From positions 896,001 through 960,000 of the forward strand of contig CBDHDF010000010.1 in NCBI GenBank assembly GCA_965261545.1: 64,000 nt of DNA, given 5' to 3'. The stretch's first letter is position 1. Each line of letters starts with the position of its first letter. Position numbers and translations under genes: made by a program. The notes beneath the pieces are model-generated. The model did no database searches. It saw only the letters and a program-made list of their open reading frames with translations, and was not told where the DNA came from. The stretch comes from Bdellovibrionales bacterium. Its GTDB lineage: Bacteria; Bdellovibrionota; Bdellovibrionia; Bdellovibrionales; UBA1609. Of this stretch, positions 8,738 to 19,615 are shown in pieces.

Positions 8738-11607
8738 ATGAAAGAGATTCAAAAGAAAATTCAATGGTTCGATGCCTTTACTTTAAGCATTGCAATGGTT
8801 TTTACGATCGCACTGACGGCGTCTGTTAGAATGAAAGCTGAAAAAGAAGCTAAAGCTGACACCCAAGGAGACACTAAAGTAGAAACCAAAACCAATGCCA
8901 AAGCGGAGGCCGCCACAATCCCTACAGCAAAACCAGCCACTCCCCCCCCCCCAGCTATAGAGACGGCTAAAACTCCTCTAGTAGAAACAGCAGAGTCCCC
9001 CCCCCTGTTGCCACTGAGACAGCTCCAAAGACTGACGAAAACATAGAACTTGTGAAAGTGACGGGGTCACGCATCAAGCGTATTGATATGGAAGGTCCCT
9101 CCCCCGTGGTCGTTGTCGACAGGGAAGCCATGGAAAAAACAGGCTACAATTCAGTGGCCGATGTTTTGCGAGACATGACCGTCAACTCCTTTGGTTCAGG
9201 CCGTGAAACGGCTGGATCAACAGCTCCTGGAACCGCCAGCGTCAGTCTACGGGGCTTGGGAGCCACTCGAACCCTTGTACTCGTGGATGGCAAAAGAGTT
9301 CCCAAGGACTCTATAACTCAAGCGGCGGATCTTAACCTTGTTCCATTTGCTGCTGTGGATAGAATTGAAATTCTGAAGGACAGTGCCTCGGCTATTTATG
9401 GCTCGGATGCCTTGGGTGGAGTTGTCAATATCATCACCCGTAAGAATTTTACTGGAACAGAGGTTTCCCTCAAACAACTGGTCAGCCAAGAAAAGGGAGG
9501 GAACCAAACCGAAGTCAGCCTGACCTCGGGTTACTCTAGGGACAAACTCACTGTCACAGGTGTGCTCTATCACCGAAATAACCAAATGATCTACGCAAGA
9601 GACAGAGACCATGCCAAGTTGGGTTTGAGTCGCACGGGATCTCCAGGGACCTTCCGAACTTTAAAACCAAATTCCAGTGGTGATGGGTACGAGCCTTATA
9701 CCTTGGATGATGGAAAGACAACAGCTCCTCAATCTCGCCTACAAGCGGCTCCTGGCTGCCCTGAAAATAGAATCCTTGATATACTCGGAGGGCAGGTCTG
9801 CCAATTCAATTATGCGGATCATATGAGCATGCGGCCTAGCATTTCTCAAACCAGTGCCATGATCAATTCTGACTTTAAAGTCGTCGATGGATTGAACACC
9901 TTTGTCCGCATGGGTGCCACTCTGCGAAATGTGGATTGGGTTTATGCGCCCACTCCTGCGGGACCCACCAGTGGCCTCGGTGTGTCGGGGGCTCACGCCA
10001 AAACCTATATACCTGGAGCGGAGGACTCCGATGGTCTCAACCAAGCCTTTGCCAATCTTCAAGACACAGACTTTGTGGATATACGATATCGACTCTTAGA
10101 ACTGGGGAATCGCATTTCTGAGGTGGCCACACGACAATACAGCACATTGGCGGGCACCACCGTGGAAGTGGGGACCTCCTGGGAGATTGAATTGTCCACA
10201 AGTTATAGCCAAAGCTCTCGAGAAGATATTGGAGTGAGTGGCTATGCTCGTAAAGACGCCCTCAAAAGTTATCTTAAAAAGAGCTTTAATCCATTTGCTT
10301 CCAAGGGACAGAGAGGGGACCTTTCCGAACTCAATTATAGAACCTGGGCGACTTCAAAAACAAACTTTGTCTCCACAGAGATTTTAGGCACGGGAGAGAT
10401 CTTGGATCTCAAGCATGGTACCATCAATATGGCTTTAGGAGTCCAGACGTATAGAGAAGGTTTTAAAGTGGATGCTGACGAAGCCTCTAAAAAGGAAGAA
10501 ATTATTGGAAGTGCAGGCGGTGAACTCTCCGGAGATCGAAATGTTGTTTCTGCCTATGCTGAAATGGCTGTCCCCGTCCACCCCCGTGTGGATTGGAATT
10601 TCGCCGGACGCTTTGACTCTTACTCTGACTTCGGCCATGCTTTCAGTCCCCAAACTTCCCTTCGCTGGCAGGTCAACCCCCATGTTATGGTTCGCTCTTC
10701 CATTGGAGGCGGCTTTAAAGCTCCCGACTTGGACGACCTCTATCAAGCAAACTCCTTTGGTTGGCCTTCATTTATTGACCGCACTCTCTGTGCCCAGGAG
10801 AGTGGAAAAGGGCCGGCTTGTGCTCCTGAACAGTGGTTAACCAAGAGCAGTGGTAACAAAAAGCTTAAGGCTGAAAAATCGGTGTCAGCAAATATTGGCA
10901 CTGTTTTTCAACCCAACTCTAAATTATCTTTGGGGGTGGACGCTTGGTATCTTAAACTCGACAACCAAGTGAATATTGACTATGAAGCCATCACAGTGGC
11001 TGAGCAAAAATTTGGAGTTCCCTACCTTGTAAAGAATTTTGGAATTAACATTGAACGCGACACCGATGGCACCATCCTTCTCTTAACAGCTCCACTTCAG
11101 AATCTTGATGAATTGGAGACCACTGGGATTGATCTTTCCGCCGAGTGGAAAACTGATGTCACCACACCTTATGGGTTGGCAGGCTGGCTTCAAGGCCGCT
11201 GGACCCTCGGTGTTCAACACTCCCACCTTTTATCTCGTAAATCCAGAGGGCTTCCCGGCTTGGACAAAGAGAATAAACTTGGCAAGCATGGATATCCACC
11301 CTGGAGAAATATTTTAGCTTTGACCTACGCTCCCACAAACAAGCAGGCAGGCACCTTGTCTGTAAGAACTGTGGCGGGCTATGAAAAAGAAAATCATCAG
11401 GCGGGTCATCTCAAGTCCTACATGGAGTTCGACCTTCAGTACGCCTACAGCGGTCACTGGGGAGGTGTGATTTCAGCAGGACTTCGCAATGTGTTGGGGA
11501 GCACCCCCCCCACTGACAACAGCAATCCTGATGCTCCCGGGATTTCCCATGCACTCTACGATGGAAATGGACGGATCGGCTGGGTTCAATACAAGCATAT
11601 GTTCTAG
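8738..11607 (+). CDS. TonB-dependent receptor, split into ORFs 8738-9046 and 9052-11607 by a 1-nt frameshift in a C9 tract
   Basis: The 5' ORF has an RBS, a signal-like segment and a Pro/Ala linker. The 3' ORF has VTGSRIKR, a plug (SLRGLG...TLVLVDG...RIEILKD...YGSDALGGVVNI), a beta-barrel and a terminal Phe. Confidence 0.9.
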
Positions 11608-11684
11608 CAAGCATAGGCTCTGAAGGTTGAAGGAAACAAACTATCATTTGAGGTGATAGAACTAGATTTAGGAGTATTGTGGGG

Positions 11685-13517
11685 CTACGATTCAGTTTTA
11701 TTATTCTGGAAGAGGCTATTGTAAGCTCTCCAAAAGCCTTCTGAATCTTTATTATCTGGTTGTAGCTCAATGATGGCCCCTGTCGTTTTGACTTTGGAAA
11801 TATCCACTCGACTTACCTTATCCTTATCCACTTTGGATGAGCAGGATTGAAAGAGGTGATATTCAAGGCCAAATAATTGGGCCCAATTCTTAAAATGGAT
11901 ATCATGGCGATTTTCAAAAGAAGGATTGTTAAAAACTTGGGAAAAAATTTTTCCACCTCCGTTATTAATAACCACAATGCAAAAGGGAGGAGTCTCCATC
12001 CTCCCATAAATCCAAAGGGCATTGAGATCGTAGAGAGCACTTAAGTCTCCCAGAAGGCACCAGTTTCTTTTGTGAGCATCCATGGACCCCAAAAAACTAG
12101 AGATAGTTCCGTCAATGCCGTTGACCCCACGGTTAGCTTTAATGTGGGTGTGAGGCACTTTTCTGCTTGCACTTAAATCCCACTCACGAATGGGCAAGCT
12201 ATTCCCTAAAAAAACAATATCCTCCGAAGGAATCTGCTGAGAAAGCTCTTTCACTATAGAGGGCTCAGAGTGGGGAAAGGCTTTATAGAGTCCCTGGAGC
12301 TTACGGCTCTTTTCTTGATCCCAAAGAAACCATGGCGAGCTTTTCCCTTCTTTATTTCTCGTCTTCTCTTTGACCTTTGAAGAGTGTGCCAATTCTGCCA
12401 AAGAGACTTCCAGCTCAGGGGCTTCCAACTCAGAGATTTTCAACCCAGGGACTTCCCATTCTTCTAAAAAGCTTTCAAAACTTTGGGGTTTTTCAGTCAC
12501 TCTCGCTAGCCCTGAAAAGGGAAGATGACTGACAGAATGCACGGGGAGGTCTGTCCACAGAGTGTCTAGTTCCCTCCAAAATTTCAGCGTAGGCACAGAG
12601 CCAATCCTTAAAAGGCTTTTAAACCCATGGCGCTGCCAGGCCATCTTGACGGAAAGAGGGCCTGATTGAATCAGTAGAGGAAAAAGTTCATCATTTTCAC
12701 GAAGACCTGAGGGAGCCTCTGCATAAATGGGTCGATGAATTTTTTTAAGAACTTCCACAAGGCGAGAACGATATTTTTCTGGAACTTCTCCAAGAATGAA
12801 AAGGGGCAAGGAAAAATCCTCTGTTTCCGTGGTCGAGTTCTCAAAACCGGAGAAAGCTTCGCAGGAGCCGAAGAGGGGTTCATCAAAACTTATATTGATA
12901 TGGATGGGGCTGTGGATAGAGTGAAGCTCGGATCTCAATTTTAACATAGGACTTGAATCTACGAAACTTGGGCTTGGGCCTGCGGGACTTGAATCTACCA
13001 AGCTTGGGTCTACAAGACCTGAACCCATGGGGCTTAAATCTAAGCCCGTAGAACTCAAGCCCAAATCCATGGAGTTTAAACTTACATCTGTAGAACTCAA
13101 ACCCAAATCTATAGTCGGAGCGTAGTGGCTGAATATGCCCACCTGCTGGATACTTTGTGGAGCTCCAGATTGTCGGTATGAAGGGGGGCGATCTGCGGTA
13201 ATAAGCACAAGGGGGCGCTGGGTGTAGTGAGCCTCAATAATGGCAGGGTAGAGTTCAGCCACAGCCGTTCCTGAAGTCGTGACCACGGCCGCAGGGGCTT
13301 CACCAGGGGATTTTGTTCGACCAAGGGCAAAAAAGGCCGCCGATCTTTCATCAAAAAAATGCCTGACACATAGAGAGAGAGGTTCTGAATCTTGAAGTTT
13401 ATTGAGGGCCACCACGAGAGGGGCATTTCTTGCTCCAGCACACACACAAAAATCAGAAATTCCAAAGTGCAAGCAAGTTTGGATTAAATGCATGGACCTT
13501 TCCATAGGACTCATCAC
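11685..13517 (-). CDS. menD: SEPHCHC synthase MenD, with low-complexity insertions
   Basis: AGARNAPL, FFDERSAAFFALG, TSGTAV, GNSLPIREWD, NRGVNGIDG, GDLSALYDLN, NNGGGKIF. Confidence 0.92.
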   Translation of the reverse strand: MMSPMERSMHLIQTCLHFGISDFCVCAGARNAPLVVALNKLQDSEPLSLCVRHFFDERSAAFFALGRTKSPGEAPAAVVTTSGTAVAELYPAIIEAHYTQRPLVLITADRPPSYRQSGAPQSIQQVGIFSHYAPTIDLGLSSTDVSLNSMDLGLSSTGLDLSPMGSGLVDPSLVDSSPAGPSPSFVDSSPMLKLRSELHSIHSPIHINISFDEPLFGSCEAFSGFENSTTETEDFSLPLFILGEVPEKYRSRLVEVLKKIHRPIYAEAPSGLRENDELFPLLIQSGPLSVKMAWQRHGFKSLLRIGSVPTLKFWRELDTLWTDLPVHSVSHLPFSGLARVTEKPQSFESFLEEWEVPGLKISELEAPELEVSLAELAHSSKVKEKTRNKEGKSSPWFLWDQEKSRKLQGLYKAFPHSEPSIVKELSQQIPSEDIVFLGNSLPIREWDLSASRKVPHTHIKANRGVNGIDGTISSFLGSMDAHKRNWCLLGDLSALYDLNALWIYGRMETPPFCIVVINNGGGKIFSQVFNNPSFENRHDIHFKNWAQLFGLEYHLFQSCSSKVDKDKVSRVDISKVKTTGAIIELQPDNKDSEGFWRAYNSLFQNNKTES

Positions 13518-13576
13518 AGGGTCTCCTTGTTACCCTCTCAATTATCTAATCTCATTGTCTAACTCAATGACCTCAT

Positions 13577-14794
13577 TCAATGAGCTAAGATCTGAATGAC
13601 AGATTGCCTTTTGAGAGAAAGTTCTTCCCATTCACGCTGCAACTGGCTGGGTTCCACAATACCACAGCCTGAACCCAAGTAACTGTTTCCACCAAACCAT
13701 TGAATATTTCGAATGGCCACACAAACTTTCGCCACTCCTTCAGGAAACAAAACTCCAAAGGGGGCTCCAAACCTTTTTCTCAAAACAGGCGGATCCATTT
13801 CTTTGAGTTGTTGCCAATGGAGTTTGTTCGAAGCAAGACCAAGAGCAGGCGTGGGGTGCAATCGCTCACACAAGTCATGAAATATCTGAAAATGAAAACA
13901 ATTCTTCTCTCCATGACTTTCATGGCTATCATGACTTCCATGGCTTCTTCTGTGGCCCTTGCTGTCATGACTGCCATCGCTGCCGTGGCTCCCAGGACTT
14001 CCATGGTTCCGCCGAAGAACAATGTCTGTTCTCAAGTGCTGAATCTGACCATAGTTCCATTCGTAGGCCGGGCCTTTATCTACGAAACCAAAAGATTGGA
14101 GGCGATCATAGATAGCATCCACCACAATCTCATGTTCAAGGCACTCTTTCGGGTCATCAAGAAGGGAGTCCTCCCCCAACTTTTTTGTTCCTGCAAGAGC
14201 CATGGTTTTCACCACCTTCCCATGGGATTTATATTCAAAAAGAAGCTCTGGAGTGCAACCCAAAAGACCCTCCCCACGATCATTCCACCACCCATAAAAT
14301 TTAGGCCAAGGCGAAAATTTCAGCCCAGGTGAGAGAGAAAACGACTTCTGACTCTTTGCAAGAACGACCCTCTTCTCAGCTTCTGAAATTTCACCCTTGG
14401 ACTCGGCAAATACAATGGGAACAGCTTTTGTGATATCCCCTCGGTGGATATTTTCTTTGATTCTATGAAAAGTGGAGGCGAACTCTTCCAATGGGGGGTC
14501 TTTCCACAATCTCCTCCTCTGGCGGCCCTGCGGAGAGTTCTCCCTAGAATTTTTTTCCCAGGAATATTTCTTTGAAAACAATCCTCCATGTTCAAACACA
14601 CACCACGGCTTATCATCTTTCATATAAAAATCGGGAATGTAACAAGAAATTTTATGGGAAAGAGGTTTCTTTGACCATTGAGAATTTCCCCAGGCTACAA
14701 AATCAAAGAATTCATTCCATTGAAGAAAGAACCCATTTTGAAAAAATGCTTCTTCACTCCAGTGGCGATACTCATCAAGATTCATGCTCTTCAC
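13577..14794 (-). CDS. menF: Isochorismate synthase / chorismate-binding protein
   Basis: GCTPELL, TMALAGT, KECLEH, QHLRT, LHPTPAL, VAIRN, GCGIV. Adjacent to menD. Confidence 0.85.
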   Translation of the reverse strand: MKSMNLDEYRHWSEEAFFQNGFFLQWNEFFDFVAWGNSQWSKKPLSHKISCYIPDFYMKDDKPWCVFEHGGLFSKKYSWEKNSRENSPQGRQRRRLWKDPPLEEFASTFHRIKENIHRGDITKAVPIVFAESKGEISEAEKRVVLAKSQKSFSLSPGLKFSPWPKFYGWWNDRGEGLLGCTPELLFEYKSHGKVVKTMALAGTKKLGEDSLLDDPKECLEHEIVVDAIYDRLQSFGFVDKGPAYEWNYGQIQHLRTDIVLRRNHGSPGSHGSDGSHDSKGHRRSHGSHDSHESHGEKNCFHFQIFHDLCERLHPTPALGLASNKLHWQQLKEMDPPVLRKRFGAPFGVLFPEGVAKVCVAIRNIQWFGGNSYLGSGCGIVEPSQLQREWEELSLKRQSVIQILAH

Positions 14795-14827
14795 TTAGGT
14801 TTATGCTTTTCATCTAGGTTTATACCA

Positions 14828-16492
14828 CTAAAGAGTTATTTTCTCTTTATATTTCCCAAAAATATCACGAAGGGTATCACTTATTTCCCCCAGTGTGGCG
14901 GAGTGATCCACAGCCTCTATAAATAAGGGCATGAGGTTTTCCTCCCCCTGAGCGGCTTGCTTGATGTTTTGAAGGGACCTTTTCACTTGCTCATTGTTAC
15001 GACGAGTTTTGATGGCTTGAAGTCGCTCTATTTGTTCCCGGGCGATTTCCTCTGATATTTTTAAAGTGGGAATTTTGGCATCTTTATCTTTGCTTTCTTG
15101 TTGGAACTGATTGATTCCCACAATGATTTGCTTTCTTCTTTCTATGTCTAGTTGCTGTTTATAGGCTGAATCTTGTATTTCTCCTTGAACCCACCCCTGC
15201 TCAATGCAAGAAACCATACCTCCCAGGGCCTCAATACGTTCGATGTAGTCAGTGGCCCTTTTCTCCATTTCATCGGTAAGGCTTTCAATATAATAAGAGC
15301 CTCCTAGGGGATCAATAACATCTGGCACACCAGATTCATGGGCGAGGATTTGTTGGGTTCTCAATGCAATGGTGGCAGCCTTTTCTGTGGGAAGCCCAAG
15401 GGCTTCATCCATGGAGTTGGTATGTAAGCTTTGGGTTCCCCCAAGAACGGCGGACAGTGCCTGGAGTGTGACCCTGGAAATATTGTTTTCAGGTTGTTGA
15501 GCGGTAAGAGTCACTCCCGCCGTTTGGGAGTGAAACCTCAATTTCATAGCCTTAGCGTTGGTGGCACCAAAGCGATCTTTCATCAATCGCGCCCACATTC
15601 GACGAGCGGCTCGAAATTTTGCAATCTCCTCAAAGAAATTATTGTGAACATTAAAAAAGAAACTGAGCCTTTCACCAAATTGATTGATATCAAGCCCCTT
15701 ATCGAGAGCCGATTGTACATAAGTCATTCCGTTGGCAATGGTGAATGCAAGTTCTTGAACGGCTGTGCTTCCCGCCTCTCGTATGTGATATCCCGAAATA
15801 CTAATGGTATTCCAGCCAGGAATATTTTGGGTGCAGTAATCAAAAATATCTGTGATGATTCGCAGAGAAGGTTTGGGGGGAAATATATAAGTTCCACGGG
15901 CAATATATTCTTTAAGAAGATCGTTTTGAATGGTCCCACGAATTTGGTCTTTACTCACATTGCGTCTCTTAGACGCTGTGATGTAAAAAGCGAGGAGAAT
16001 GCCGGCCGTGGCATTAATCGTCATGGAGGTAGAAACCTTATCCAAGGGAATCTGATCCAAAAGAATTTCCATATCCTCAATGGAGCTAATGGCCACCCCG
16101 ACCTTACCAACTTCTCCCGTAGACATAATGTGATCGGAGTCGTATCCCATCTGCGTGGGAAGATCAAAGGCAACACTCAGGCCCGTGGTGCCCTTTTCTA
16201 AGAGCATTCGGTAACGCTTGTTGCTCTCCCTCGCTGAGCCAAAACCAGCATACTGGCGCATGGTCCACAAACGCCCCCGGTACATGGTTTCTTGAACTCC
16301 CCTTGTGTAGGGATAAACTCCAGGAGGAGGAAGTGATGGAGACTCACCACCTTCTAAACCTTCGCCTCCATCACCTGTGGGCCTTTCTATGGAGGCTTCA
16401 TAGATGGGCCTCGGCCTCTCATTCTCATAAAAAGCCTTGAGTTCGATCTGACTTGAATTGGTGAAATTATTTTTTCGCAACCCTTTTTTCAT
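14828..16492 (-). CDS. Methylmalonyl-CoA mutase family, large subunit (no B12-binding domain)
   Basis: [50 protein letters not shown]. Confidence 0.93.
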   Translation of the reverse strand: MKKGLRKNNFTNSSQIELKAFYENERPRPIYEASIERPTGDGGEGLEGGESPSLPPPGVYPYTRGVQETMYRGRLWTMRQYAGFGSARESNKRYRMLLEKGTTGLSVAFDLPTQMGYDSDHIMSTGEVGKVGVAISSIEDMEILLDQIPLDKVSTSMTINATAGILLAFYITASKRRNVSKDQIRGTIQNDLLKEYIARGTYIFPPKPSLRIITDIFDYCTQNIPGWNTISISGYHIREAGSTAVQELAFTIANGMTYVQSALDKGLDINQFGERLSFFFNVHNNFFEEIAKFRAARRMWARLMKDRFGATNAKAMKLRFHSQTAGVTLTAQQPENNISRVTLQALSAVLGGTQSLHTNSMDEALGLPTEKAATIALRTQQILAHESGVPDVIDPLGGSYYIESLTDEMEKRATDYIERIEALGGMVSCIEQGWVQGEIQDSAYKQQLDIERRKQIIVGINQFQQESKDKDAKIPTLKISEEIAREQIERLQAIKTRRNNEQVKRSLQNIKQAAQGEENLMPLFIEAVDHSATLGEISDTLRDIFGKYKEKITL

Positions 16493-16509
16493 TTGTTTTA
16501 TAAATATTT

Positions 16510-17382
16510 TTATTTTTTTACACCAACACGTTCAAACACCATGGGGATTTCCATTTCAAGTAAGGATGTGAACACGATGGCTTCAAACATATCTGCATCC
16601 TCAAGCTTATCTGCACCCAATGGCTTGATAGTGCTTAAATCAATTTTTTGAGTGTAAGTGATTTCTTCATTGGCAAAAGCGATATGTTTACAACTCATAT
16701 TGGAAATGAGAACTTGACCTACAATTGTAGCCTTACCATCACAATTTATAGAGCCCTCGGGGTGTACTTCTTTGAGAGTCACAGACCCATTTTCTGCAAG
16801 TGTGACAAAGTTTTCCACTCCTGGCATTAAAGAAGAAGTGACTTTATAGGAACCAACTAAATCTTTGAACTGTGGAAGTTGAGTACCTTCATCTTCAGCT
16901 TTTTTAGAAGGTTCTAAAGGAGGCACTATTTTCCTTTCAAAAGTCATTTTTGCGTCACCAACGGCGACGAAAAATTTGCCTTCAAATTTATCAAATTGAG
17001 TCACACCTCTTAAATCAATGAAGAAAGTGCCAGAATTACAGTTTGAATTTAGTGGGATCTCTGGGATCTCAAATAGTAGTACCCTTCCCTGTAGTTCGCC
17101 TTTGCCACGGCATTGAATTTTCCCCTCCTCTTCGAGAAAGATGTCTCCATCCTCTGTCAGAGTTATGGCGCCACTATCATCACTACCACTCAGCTCATCT
17201 ATCACCACCTTGTAAGAGCCAACTAAATCTTTGTACTCAAGGGCTTTAGTTCCTGCAGAATGCACCGAATATCCAGCAAAGATAAGAAATGCTGTGCATA
17301 AGTAGGCACAGCATAATGCACAAAATACTGAAGGCCGTTTATAAAAATTATAGGATTTGACATCGATTATAGGTTTTTTCAT
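16510..17382 (-). CDS. Exported hypothetical protein with two internally duplicated beta-rich domains
   Basis: GGAGG RBS, hydrophobic N-terminus, and repeats [10 protein letters not shown]...QCRGKG / [10 protein letters not shown]...NCDGKA. Confidence 0.7.
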   Translation of the reverse strand: MKKPIIDVKSYNFYKRPSVFCALCCAYLCTAFLIFAGYSVHSAGTKALEYKDLVGSYKVVIDELSGSDDSGAITLTEDGDIFLEEEGKIQCRGKGELQGRVLLFEIPEIPLNSNCNSGTFFIDLRGVTQFDKFEGKFFVAVGDAKMTFERKIVPPLEPSKKAEDEGTQLPQFKDLVGSYKVTSSLMPGVENFVTLAENGSVTLKEVHPEGSINCDGKATIVGQVLISNMSCKHIAFANEEITYTQKIDLSTIKPLGADKLEDADMFEAIVFTSLLEMEIPMVFERVGVKK

Positions 17383-17468
17383 TTCAACCTCCCTTTAAGA
17401 AGTAAATTTGAGTTTGTTTCTACTACTATTGCTTATGCTACAAATCAAGCCACAGGTACTAGTAAGCC

Positions 17469-17600
17469 ATGAGGTTTGTCAATAAAAAATCCTACCGATA
17501 CAAAGCATATTCCCAGAAAGTTCACCATCTTGTTGGAGTCCTACCGAGAGGGTAAGAAAGTTCGCAAGCGTACCTTACTTTCTTTGGGCCGTGTCATACG
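17469..17600 (+). pseudogene. IS1634-like transposase N-terminal remnant
   Basis: LLESYREGKKVRKRTLLSLGR resembles the IS1634 N-terminal motif. Frameshifted and truncated. Confidence 0.55.
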
Positions 17601-17678
17601 AACTGTGGGTACGAGATATTGCAGGCAATGGCCTTATTTCGAGCTACGGGGCAAGCCTCCCCTTTCTTAGCCCTTGAT

Positions 17679-18163
17679 ATAGATACCCTCATTTGAGGCT
17701 CACCGATGGTATGCAATTTGTCATTGTAGAATTGAACAAGTTCATTGGCAGATTAGACAGCCTTGTTGACCAACGTGAAGCGTGGTGCTATTTCTTAAAG
17801 AGATCGGATGAGTTGGATCAACAAACCAGCCAAGAGCTAGCCAAAAAAGGAAGGGACATGGGAAGAGCCGTCAAAAATTTGTGGAATTTGTCTCAAGACG
17901 AACTCATGCGAGAGCGACTTGAAGCTGAAGATAAGCAGCGTCGAGATTTTTTGTCACAGATCGACACAGCCCATGCAGAGGGGTTTGAAAAAGGATATAA
18001 AGAAGCCCGTGAAAGAAGACGTAAAGAAGGGCGAAGGAAGGAGAGGGAGGCTTTTGTTTTAAAGTTACTTTCAGAAGGTATAAAAATTTCTGTTATAACT
18101 ACAGTGACAGAGTTTTCTGAAGACGAAATCAAGGCTCTTCAAAAAAGTAAAAATTTTAAATAG
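17679..18163 (+). pseudogene. 5'-truncated Rpn (PD-(D/E)XK) gene copy; C-terminal ORF 17858-18163 intact
   Basis: Near-identical to the 3' half of 18413-19462. Confidence 0.85.
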
Positions 18164-18190
18164 AATTTAAAGTATTTTTGTAGTTATGTT
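18155..18190 (+). repeat. 36-bp direct repeat, copy 1
   Basis: TTTAAATAGAATTTAAAGTATTTTTGTAGTTATGTT, identical to 21495-21530. Confidence 0.9.
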
Positions 18191-18412
18191 CCATAGTAAC
18201 ATTGCTCTTGATAAAATAGGGGTGAGGGGCTATAAATTAACCACGATTCGCTTAAAAAACCCTCCACTTTTTTTAGGGAACTCCAAACACTTCATTCATG
18301 AACGACCATTGGGAATTGGATTGACTGTCAAGCCAAAGGAGGGAAGTTGCAGCCCACGTCTGTGAAAACATACATTGACTTTACTCCAAAGCAAGATGCA
18401 CAATTCTTACTT

Positions 18413-19462
18413 ATGAAAAAATCCCTTCCTCCCCTTTGCTTAACCCTTGATAATGCTTTTAAAGCATTTTTTAAGCATGACCAGGGCTTGCTCAAGCCTT
18501 TGTTGCAGGATTTTCTTCCTTTGCCACCCGGTTGTCGGGTGGAGCATGTTCAGCTGTTAGATACCGAAGAAAACTCTTCAGAGGCGAGCAAGCCTTCGGG
18601 AAAAACCTTCATCTTGGACATGAAGCTTCGCATCTCTCGACAATTATCCAGTGGGGAATGGGTTGAAAATGAAACTGTGAACGTGGAAATGCAAACCGTC
18701 TCCCAAAGAGACTTCACAAATCGCCTTCTTGCCTATGCGGGACGGGTCTACTCCAATCAAGTGAAAGAAGGAGAACAGTACGAGAAATTAAGAACTGTTT
18801 ACTCCCTTGTTTTCAGTACTGTAGACCTTCCTGAGCTACGCAAGGACAACGATTATTACCACACATGCAGCATGAGGCAAGATCGACACCCTCACTTGAG
18901 GCTCACCGATGGTATGCAATTTGTCATTGTAGAATTGAACAAGTTCATTGGCAGATTAGACAGTCTTGTTGACCAGCGTGAAGCGTGGTGCTATTTCTTA
19001 AAGAGATCGGATGAGTTGGATCAACAAACCAGCCAAGAGCTAGCCAAAAAAGGAAGGGACATGGGAAGAGCCGTCAAAAATTTGTGGAATTTGTCTCAAG
19101 ACGAACTCATGCGAGAGCGACTTGAAGCTGAAGATAAGCAGCGTCGAGATCGTTTATCACAGATCGACACAGCCCATGAAGAGGGGCGTGAAGAAGGGCG
19201 CGAAGAGGGGCGTGAAGAAGGACGCGAAGAAGGGCGTGAAGAAGGGCTTGAAAGAGGACGTGAAGAAGGACGCGAAGAAGGGCGTGAAGAAGGGCTTGAA
19301 AGAGGACGTGAAGAAGGGCTTGAAAGAGGACGTGAAGAAGGGCGAAGGGAGGAGAGAGAAGCTTTTGTTTTAAAGTTACTTTCAGAAGGTATAGAAGTTC
19401 CTGTTATAGCTACAGTGACAGAGTTTTCTGAAGACGAAATCAAGGCTCTTCAAAAAAAGTAA
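18413..19462 (+). CDS. Rpn family recombination-promoting nuclease / PD-(D/E)XK putative transposase
   Basis: LDNAFKAFF, FILDM, VNVEMQ, RLLAYA, FVIVEL, WCYFLK and an (EEGR)n tail. Start ATG 18413 or TTG 18347. Confidence 0.9.
   Translation: MKKSLPPLCLTLDNAFKAFFKHDQGLLKPLLQDFLPLPPGCRVEHVQLLDTEENSSEASKPSGKTFILDMKLRISRQLSSGEWVENETVNVEMQTVSQRDFTNRLLAYAGRVYSNQVKEGEQYEKLRTVYSLVFSTVDLPELRKDNDYYHTCSMRQDRHPHLRLTDGMQFVIVELNKFIGRLDSLVDQREAWCYFLKRSDELDQQTSQELAKKGRDMGRAVKNLWNLSQDELMRERLEAEDKQRRDRLSQIDTAHEEGREEGREEGREEGREEGREEGLERGREEGREEGREEGLERGREEGLERGREEGRREEREAFVLKLLSEGIEVPVIATVTEFSEDEIKALQKK
19178..19345 (+). repeat. About 14 x 12-bp coding tandem repeat (EEGR/EEGL/ERGR)
   Basis: GAAGAAGGGCGT-like units are directly visible. 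Confidence 0.9.
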
Positions 19463-19615
19463 AACATTTTAACCTGACCTAGTTATTGTGTGGTGCCAAT
19501 AGCGTCTAGAAATTTAACAGTATTTTCATGGGACAACGGTCAGAGTAGATATATAACGAAAAGCGAGATGCCACTTAAGCCACCAACTTATCACTAAGGC
19601 ACTGCCCCAGAGGGG

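Noticed and set aside
13700..16201. Long antisense ORFs (13700-14332, 15431-16201; likewise 21941-22552 and 23708-24286)
   Set aside because: They are shadows of well-supported genes on the opposite strand and have no recognisable motifs.
19178..19345. CRISPR-like array
   Set aside because: These are contiguous coding 12-mers with no spacers and no cas genes. The 36-bp repeat has only two copies, 3.3 kb apart.
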